Of a stretch of 64,000 bases of DNA, positions 58,175-64,000 are shown one piece after another (position 1 is the first letter of the stretch; each line of letters opens with the position of its first letter). The stretch is from positions 32,001 to 96,000 of the IMG/VR virus record IMGVR_UViG_3300045125_000040; one strand, given 5' to 3'. The notes under the pieces were generated by a model that ran no database searches, was not told where the DNA came from, and was given only the letters and a program-made list of their open reading frames with translations. Made by a program: the position numbers and the translations under genes. The DNA comes from a virus.

Positions 58175-58205
58175 TAAATAAATAAAACTCAAAGGAGTAA
58201 CATAG

Positions 58206-58822
58206 ATGGCTTTTAATATTAGCGCATTTAAATCAAGAGGTCTGGTATACGGTGGTGCCAGACCATCCCTCTTCGAAGTAATTCTAACACCACCAGTTGG
58301 CATAGCTCTTAATCCTGCTGCCTTACAGAAATTCATTTTCACATGTAAGTCAGCAGAATTACCAGAATCAACAATTTCAAATATTGAAATTCCATACTTT
58401 GGTCGTAGAATCAAAGTTGCTGGTGAGAAGAATCATTTGCTGATTGGTCAGTAACAGTAATGAATGATGAAGATTTCGGCGTTCGTTCAATGTTTGAAGC
58501 ATGGCATAATGCTATCAATACCATTGTTTCAAATGTTCGTCTACAGTCTGCATCAAGAGAAGAATATAAGACCGTTTTGGACGTTACTCAGTTCTCCAAG
58601 GATGGTGAAATTCTTCGTACTTATCAGCTAGTAGGTGCATTCCCAACTTCAGTTGCCGGTATTGGTCTTGGATGGGACTCACAGAACGCAATTGAAGAGT
58701 TTGCAGTTAACTTCTCATATGATTACTGGCTACCTGTTATTGAGAATGCTTCTGGTAAAACCGCTGGTCAAGTTACAGAGTTTCTTGGACAGACTGAAGC
58801 TGGTCCTCAATCAGTACTATAA
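58206..58822 (+). CDS. 19: tail tube gp19 (one indel)
   Basis: GGARPSLFEV; LP.STI..I..PYFGR; NDEDF..R; IEEF.V.F.YDYW. Confidence 0.92.
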
Positions 58823-58842
58823 TAAATATTCTATATTATTAA

Positions 58843-58862
58843 GGAGGGAAATATTTCCCTCC
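58843..58862 (+). promoter_or_regulatory. perfect 20-bp palindrome after gene 19 (terminator or processing hairpin)
   Basis: GGAGGGAAAT-ATTTCCCTCC. Confidence 0.55.
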
Positions 58863-58881
58863 ACATTTTGGGAGAAAAAAT

Positions 58882-59463
58882 TTGGCTTACACTTATTTAA
58901 TAGGTTGGTCTGACCATAATAAATATTATTATGGTGTCCGTTATAGTAAAAATTGTGACCCATCTGATTTGTGGGTCACTTATTTCACTTCATCAAAATA
59001 TGTTCATGAATTTAGAAAACAATACGGCGAACCAAATATAATAGAAATAAGAAAAACATTTGATAATACAGATAAAGCCAGATTATGGGAACATAAAGTT
59101 CTTAAAAAAATGAACGTGATTAAAGAAGACAAGTGGTTAAATAAAACAGATAATGTTTCAATTGATCCATTATGTGCTATTAAAGGTACATTAAGTCATA
59201 TAGGCAAAAAACGTTCTAAAAAAACTATACAAAAAATGCGTGGACCAAAAACATTAAACCATAGAAAAAATATGATGGGAAAACGACCAAATGTTAATCA
59301 AACTGGTTCAAAAAACAATGCATTTAAAGGTTTAATAGTAACACCTTTTGGTATATTTGAAAGTTTATTTGAAGCATCAAAAGTTGAGGGAATACATTAT
59401 AGTACAATTTCTTTAAGAATAAAAAATGAAAATTTTAAAGAATACATGAGGTTAGATATATAA
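58882..59463 (+). CDS. GIY-YIG (Seg-like) homing endonuclease
   Basis: YTYLIGW....YYYGVR...YFTSS...E..VL...WLN. Confidence 0.8.
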   Translation: MAYTYLIGWSDHNKYYYGVRYSKNCDPSDLWVTYFTSSKYVHEFRKQYGEPNIIEIRKTFDNTDKARLWEHKVLKKMNVIKEDKWLNKTDNVSIDPLCAIKGTLSHIGKKRSKKTIQKMRGPKTLNHRKNMMGKRPNVNQTGSKNNAFKGLIVTPFGIFESLFEASKVEGIHYSTISLRIKNENFKEYMRLDI

Positions 59464-59464
59464 T

Positions 59465-61280
59465 ATGGGTCAATTATATGGATTTGAACTACGTAGACGA
59501 GTTCCTACACAACAGTTAACATCATTTGCGCCTCAAAAGGATGCAGATGATGGTGCAGTTGTTGTATCTGCCGGTGGTGCATATGGAACTTACGTAGACC
59601 TTGACGGTACCGTAAGATCCGAAGCAGAGCTTGTTACAAAATATCGTGAAATGTCTCTTCAACCAGAAGTTGATTCTGCTGTTGATGAAATTGTAAACGA
59701 ATCAATTGCAATTGATGAAGAACATGTTGTTAGCATCAATCTTGATGAATTAAAAATAAAAGAAAACATCAAACAAATTATAAGACAAGAATTTCAGACC
59801 TGTCTTAATTTATTAGAGTTTAATAGATTTTCATATGAGATTTTTCGTCGTTGGTATATTGATGGTCGTTTATACTATCATGTAGTAATTGATGATAAAA
59901 ATCCAATAGCCGGTATACAAGAGCTTCGTTATGTTGATCCACGAAAAATCAGAAAAGTAAGAGAAGTTCAGAAGAAAAAATTCAACTTAATAATCACTGG
60001 TGATTCTGTTGTTTCAAAGACAGTAAACGAGTATTACATTTTCAATGATAAGGGATTTAATTTTGGTAATAAATCAGTTGGTACTTCAACCACTGGATTA
60101 AAAATTGCAAAAGATTCTGTTCTTCATGTTGTTTCAGGTTTAACTGATAATCAGGGAACTATGGTTCTCTCATACTTACATAAAGCTATTAAGCCATTAA
60201 ATCAGTTAAGAACACTTGAAGATGCTCTTGTAATTTACAGACTATCACGTGCTCCTGAACGTCAGTATTTGGTATATTGATGTTGGTAATCTACCTAAGA
60301 TGAAAGCGGAACAATACGTTCGTGACATTATGGTTAAGCACAAGAACAGATTAATCTATGACGCCCAAACAGGCGACATTAGAGATGACCGCAAATTCAT
60401 GACAATGTTGGAAGACTATTGGCTTCCACGTCGTGAAGGTGGTAGAGGTACGGAGGTTACTACCCTACCTGGCGGTCAGACATTAGGTCAAATGGATGAC
60501 GTTCTATATTTTCAAAGAAATTATTGAATTCATTAAATGTTCCAATCAGTCGTTTGAATTCTGATGCATTGTTTTCTATTGGACGTGCTACTGAAATTAC
60601 TCGTGATGAAATTAAATTCATGGGTTTCATTACAAGACTAAGATCAAGATTTTCACAAGTATTTTTAAAACTACTAGAAAAACAGCTTGTTCTTAAAAAT
60701 ATTATAACAGTTGAAGATTGGGAACTATTTCAAAACAATATTAAAATTTGATTTTGCCAAAGACAATTATTTTGCAGAATTAAAGAATGCTGAAATTGCA
60801 AATGAGCGTCTTCGTTTAGCAGGTGCATATCAAGAGTTTGCTGAAAAATATTGATTCTCATTATTACATTCGTAAAAATGTTCTTAAGCAAACTGATGAT
60901 GATATCATGCAGATTGATCAACAGATTGCGATGGAAAATCAATCACAAGATCCAAGATGGGTCAATCCAACTATACTATCAAATGAACAAATGGTTATGC
61001 AAACACAAGCAATGATGCAACAACCAGTACAACCTGCTGCTGATTTATCACCCAGAACACAAGGTTCTCCGGGTCCATCAGAAGAAGCGAAGAAGATGGA
61101 AGATGTTCGTAAAGGCACAAATCATTGTTAAGCAGATGAAAGATTTAGGTAAAGAAAATAGAACAGACAAAGATAATCAAAAATATAAAGCTGCTGTTCC
61201 AGATTCTTGCTAAAAACAAAGATATTGCAACTAAAGTTGCTGGCACAGCTGGCATTCAAGACGATAAAGGTGGAAAATGA
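59465..61280 (+). CDS. 20: portal protein gp20 (apparent indels)
   Basis: WYIDGRLYYH; LHKAIKP.NQLR.LEDA.VIYR; YIDVGNLPK; EDYWLPRREGGRGTE. Confidence 0.95.
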
Positions 61281-61530
61281 CAGATAATAAATATGAAGTA
61301 GCAGATTTAATTAATTACACTTTTGAAAAAAGCCTATTGAATTTGAAAATGCTTTTAATGATGTTGTAATTGATAGAATTAGAACAGCAGTAGAAGATAA
61401 GAAATTAGAAATCGCTCAACAAATGTATGGTTACGAACCACCAGAAGAATTTGATACGGACGAATATGATGATGAGTTTGGTGTTGATGATGTAGAAGCA
61501 GAAGACTCAGAGGAAGATTACGATGGCTAA
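61277..61530 (+). CDS. small acidic prohead core protein, gp67-like (one indel)
   Basis: Directly after portal; F...AF......RI..A....K..IA..; acidic tail. Confidence 0.6.
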
Positions 61531-62251
61531 ACCACTCAGACACGTCACTGGTGTTAAATCCAGCAAAATAGAACCAATGGATCTTAAAGATTTAGACAAA
61601 TCACCAGATGGTGCCAAACTTGACGCCAAGTATCATAAGATCGAAAAACATGCTGATCGTGCTGAAACGGTGATGATGTCTATAAGGGAACAACTAAAGA
61701 AGCTCCTTATAAAAAAGCAAAGGTAGCCGAAGAAGTTGATCTTGGTGAAGGCAATAAAGAAAACAAAGCCAAGAAAAAAGAAGTAATGGGTGATCGTCCA
61801 AAAGAAAAAACTAAAAAAGAATTTGATCCAAGAGAATTTTTTAGTGCTGCTAGACGTGGACGTAAGGTAGATGAAGCAGCTGCTTGTAATCATACCATGG
61901 AAGGTGTTCATTGTGAAGTTCATGGAGAAGCTGCATGTCCTTCTGATGACAAAAAAGATTACAAAGATAAAAAAGGTCGTAGACTTTTAATTGATAAGAA
62001 AAAAATCGCAGAAGCAATAATGAATGAAGTTGCTCCTCCAGACCCTAAAATAGAAAAATGGGTTAAGGCAAATAAAGAACGTTTTGTCAAAGAATATGGT
62101 CCGAAAAAGGGTATGGAAGTTCTTTATGCAACTGCATGGAAAAGACATGGAAAATCAGAATCAGGAACATCTCCTGCAACAGAAACAGATTAGTGCTGGA
62201 CCCGGTGCTGCTGGTTGGACAACCGGTAGACATGATGTAGGAACATTATAA
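61523..62251 (+). CDS. charged prohead/internal head protein (apparent indels)
   Basis: Lys/Glu-rich; YG..KG.EV.YATAWK motif; lies between gp20 and gp21. Confidence 0.55.
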
Positions 62252-62493
62252 TGATTATTAAACTTTTAGGCGCAGAAATTTCTATTGCATCGGCAAATAA
62301 TGTAGCTAACGCTAACCTTGTAAGAATTATCAATACGGGTGCTGCAGCTGTAATGAATGTAGCATATAGCAATGGTGTTGTTTATGCAAATGTAACTGTA
62401 ACAAATACAGAAAGTATTATTTTACAGAAATCAACAACAGATACTATTATTGGAGCTAATATGAAAGCGGTTCCAGTAGCATATAGATATTAA
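62251..62493 (+). CDS. small hypothetical head-region protein
   Basis: Intact 80-aa ORF, TAATG-coupled, before gp21. Confidence 0.6.
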   Translation: MIIKLLGAEISIASANNVANANLVRIINTGAAAVMNVAYSNGVVYANVTVTNTESIILQKSTTDTIIGANMKAVPVAYRY

Positions 62494-62503
62494 GGTAATA
62501 AAA

Positions 62504-63165
62504 ATGAAACTAATAACAGAACTTAATGAAGATACTCATTACATAACCGAAAGATCCGAAGACGGTAAAAATTACCGTTATATAACTGAGATCGTTTTAT
62601 TGTGGCTGAAGAAAAATAAAAACGGTCGTATGTATCCAATGGATGTTCTTGAAAACGAAGTTTCAAGATACGTTAGAGAAGTTGTTAATATGAACAGAGC
62701 CTATGGTGAACTTAATCATCCATCAGGACCAACTATTAACCTTCAGAATGTATCACATATTATCACAGAATTGAAAAAGACAAGAATTATTTTATTGGTA
62801 AGGCAAGATTAACAGAAACACCAATGGGTAAAGTTGCTATTGGTCTTTTGGAATCTGGTGGACAACTTGGCGTATCTACTCGTGGAATGGGTTCTTTAAA
62901 AGAATCAAATGGCGTCATGATAGTTCAAAGAGATTTCAGCTTTCAACAGTTGATATTGTATCAGATCCAAGTGGTCCTGATTTGTTTTGTTAATGGTATT
63001 ATGGAAGGTGTTGAATATTTTTATGATCCAGTAAAGAATACTTGGATGGAAGAAAAATTAGATAATACTAAGAAGAAAATTAAAAAGCTATCAAGATCAC
63101 AAATTGAAGAACAAAAGATGGCTATTTTGAGAAATTATATTTCTTCATTGGTAAAGTTCAAATAA
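62504..63165 (+). CDS. 21: prohead protease gp21 (apparent indels)
   Basis: MKLITE; NKNGRMYP; GELNHP; GVSTRGMGSL; FVNGIMEG. Confidence 0.92.
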
Positions 63166-63166
63166 T

Positions 63167-63174
63167 TATAAATA
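63167..63174 (+). promoter_or_regulatory. T4-type late promoter
   Basis: Intergenic TATAAATA before gene 22. Confidence 0.8.
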
Positions 63175-63207
63175 GTTAAAGCAAATTCACAATAGGAGAC
63201 TATTCTA

Positions 63208-64000
63208 ATGGCTAATTTAGAACAAGAACACGATGTAGAAGACTTCGCCACAATGGATGAGGCAAAGATGAATCTGGTGGAAAGCACGAAGAAGAAGGAA
63301 GGAAGAAGAGGAAGAGTCTTCTAAGAAGCATCATCGTGGTAAAAAGAAGATGAAAAAGGTTGAAGAGAAACTGAAGTTTCTGAGGAAGCTCTCGCCGCTG
63401 CCTCACTTCATCCCGGTGCTGCTCGAGGTGAAGGAATGTCAAAGATTGGCATGATGTCATCTGTACTTGGTAAAATGCATAATATGTCTAAGGGAGACCT
63501 AACCCATTGGTTCAATGCAACCATGGCACTGGTTGGTCCGGTAAGACTCTATGGTGTTGGTGATAATTCTGTTCGTAATCAAGCAACCGTTGATTCCAAA
63601 GCTTGGTTCAGGACCAAAGACAAGAGATCCAATGCCACGTCTAAATGTTAAAGAAGACGTAGAAGAAATGTTTGATGGACAGGATCTATCAGAAGAATTT
63701 AAAGAAAATGCTGCGACTCTATTTGAGGCTGCTGTTTCTGCACGTTTGATTGCTTTGAAACTGCTCGTCTTGAGGAAGAGTATGAAGCAAAGTTACACGA
63801 AGAACTTGCTGCTTTCGGTGAAGAACTAACATCACAGCTAGATGTATATCTTGATTACGTTGTCGAGAACTGGATGAAAGAAAACGAAGTAGCTATTGAA
63901 TCAAGCCTTCGCAATGAACTTGCAGAAGAGTTCATTGAAGGATTGAAGAACTTATTCGCTGAACATTACATTGATGTCCCAGAGAATAAGGTTGATGTTC
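63208..64000 (+). CDS. 22: prohead core scaffold gp22, truncated at the window end (apparent indels)
   Basis: LSEEFKENAATLFEAAV; YLDYVVENWMKENEVAIE; FIEGLKNLFAEHYIDVPE. Confidence 0.92.

Noticed and set aside
27356-58414. Numerous minus-strand ORFs in the structural region
   Set aside because: They are antisense shadows of well-supported plus-strand genes
53810-61280. Introns or inteins in terminase or portal
   Set aside because: gp17 is continuous and of normal length, and the endonucleases are free-standing between genes
1-64000. Many broken genes suggesting pseudogenisation or stop-codon recoding
   Set aside because: The breaks are frame changes from single-base indels, mostly at homopolymers, in essential genes (gp32, gp20, gp6). 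They are not in-frame TAG/TGA, so sequencing error is the best explanation.

Overview
AT-rich segment of a large T4-like myophage with a cyanophage/alphaproteobacterial-phage-type gene order. The sequence carries many single-base indels, mostly in homopolymers, that break essential genes. I treat these as long-read errors and rejoined the fragments by hand. Layout: (1) 1-5.7 kb: small envelope genes, a circularly permuted two-piece tmRNA, a PD-(D/E)XK nuclease, tRNA-Arg(UCU), a GIY-YIG homing endonuclease, an L,D-transpeptidase, then gp33, an HEXXH protein, gp59 and gp32. (2) 5.7-10.4 kb, minus strand: gp4, gp2, gp54, gp26, gp51 and a tape-measure-like dual peptidoglycan hydrolase. (3) 10.4-30 kb: baseplate genes (gp48, gp53, hub, split gp5, PAAR-like, gp25, gp6, gp7, gp8, split VrlC-like). 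(4) 30-50.4 kb: about 20 fibre, lectin and chaperone genes with an embedded heme oxygenase. (5) 50.4-64 kb: neck, terminase, sheath, tube, portal and prohead genes (gp13-gp22) with two more homing endonucleases. Best leads: the two-piece tmRNA (tag ANDNFAPFDYALAA); a homologous covarying acceptor-stem hairpin enclosing an unknown structured RNA just upstream of it; very high N-X-S/T density in exposed virion proteins; and a candidate -1 frameshift joining gp26 to gp51 ahead of the tape-measure gene. All calls come from motif recognition and synteny; no searches were run.
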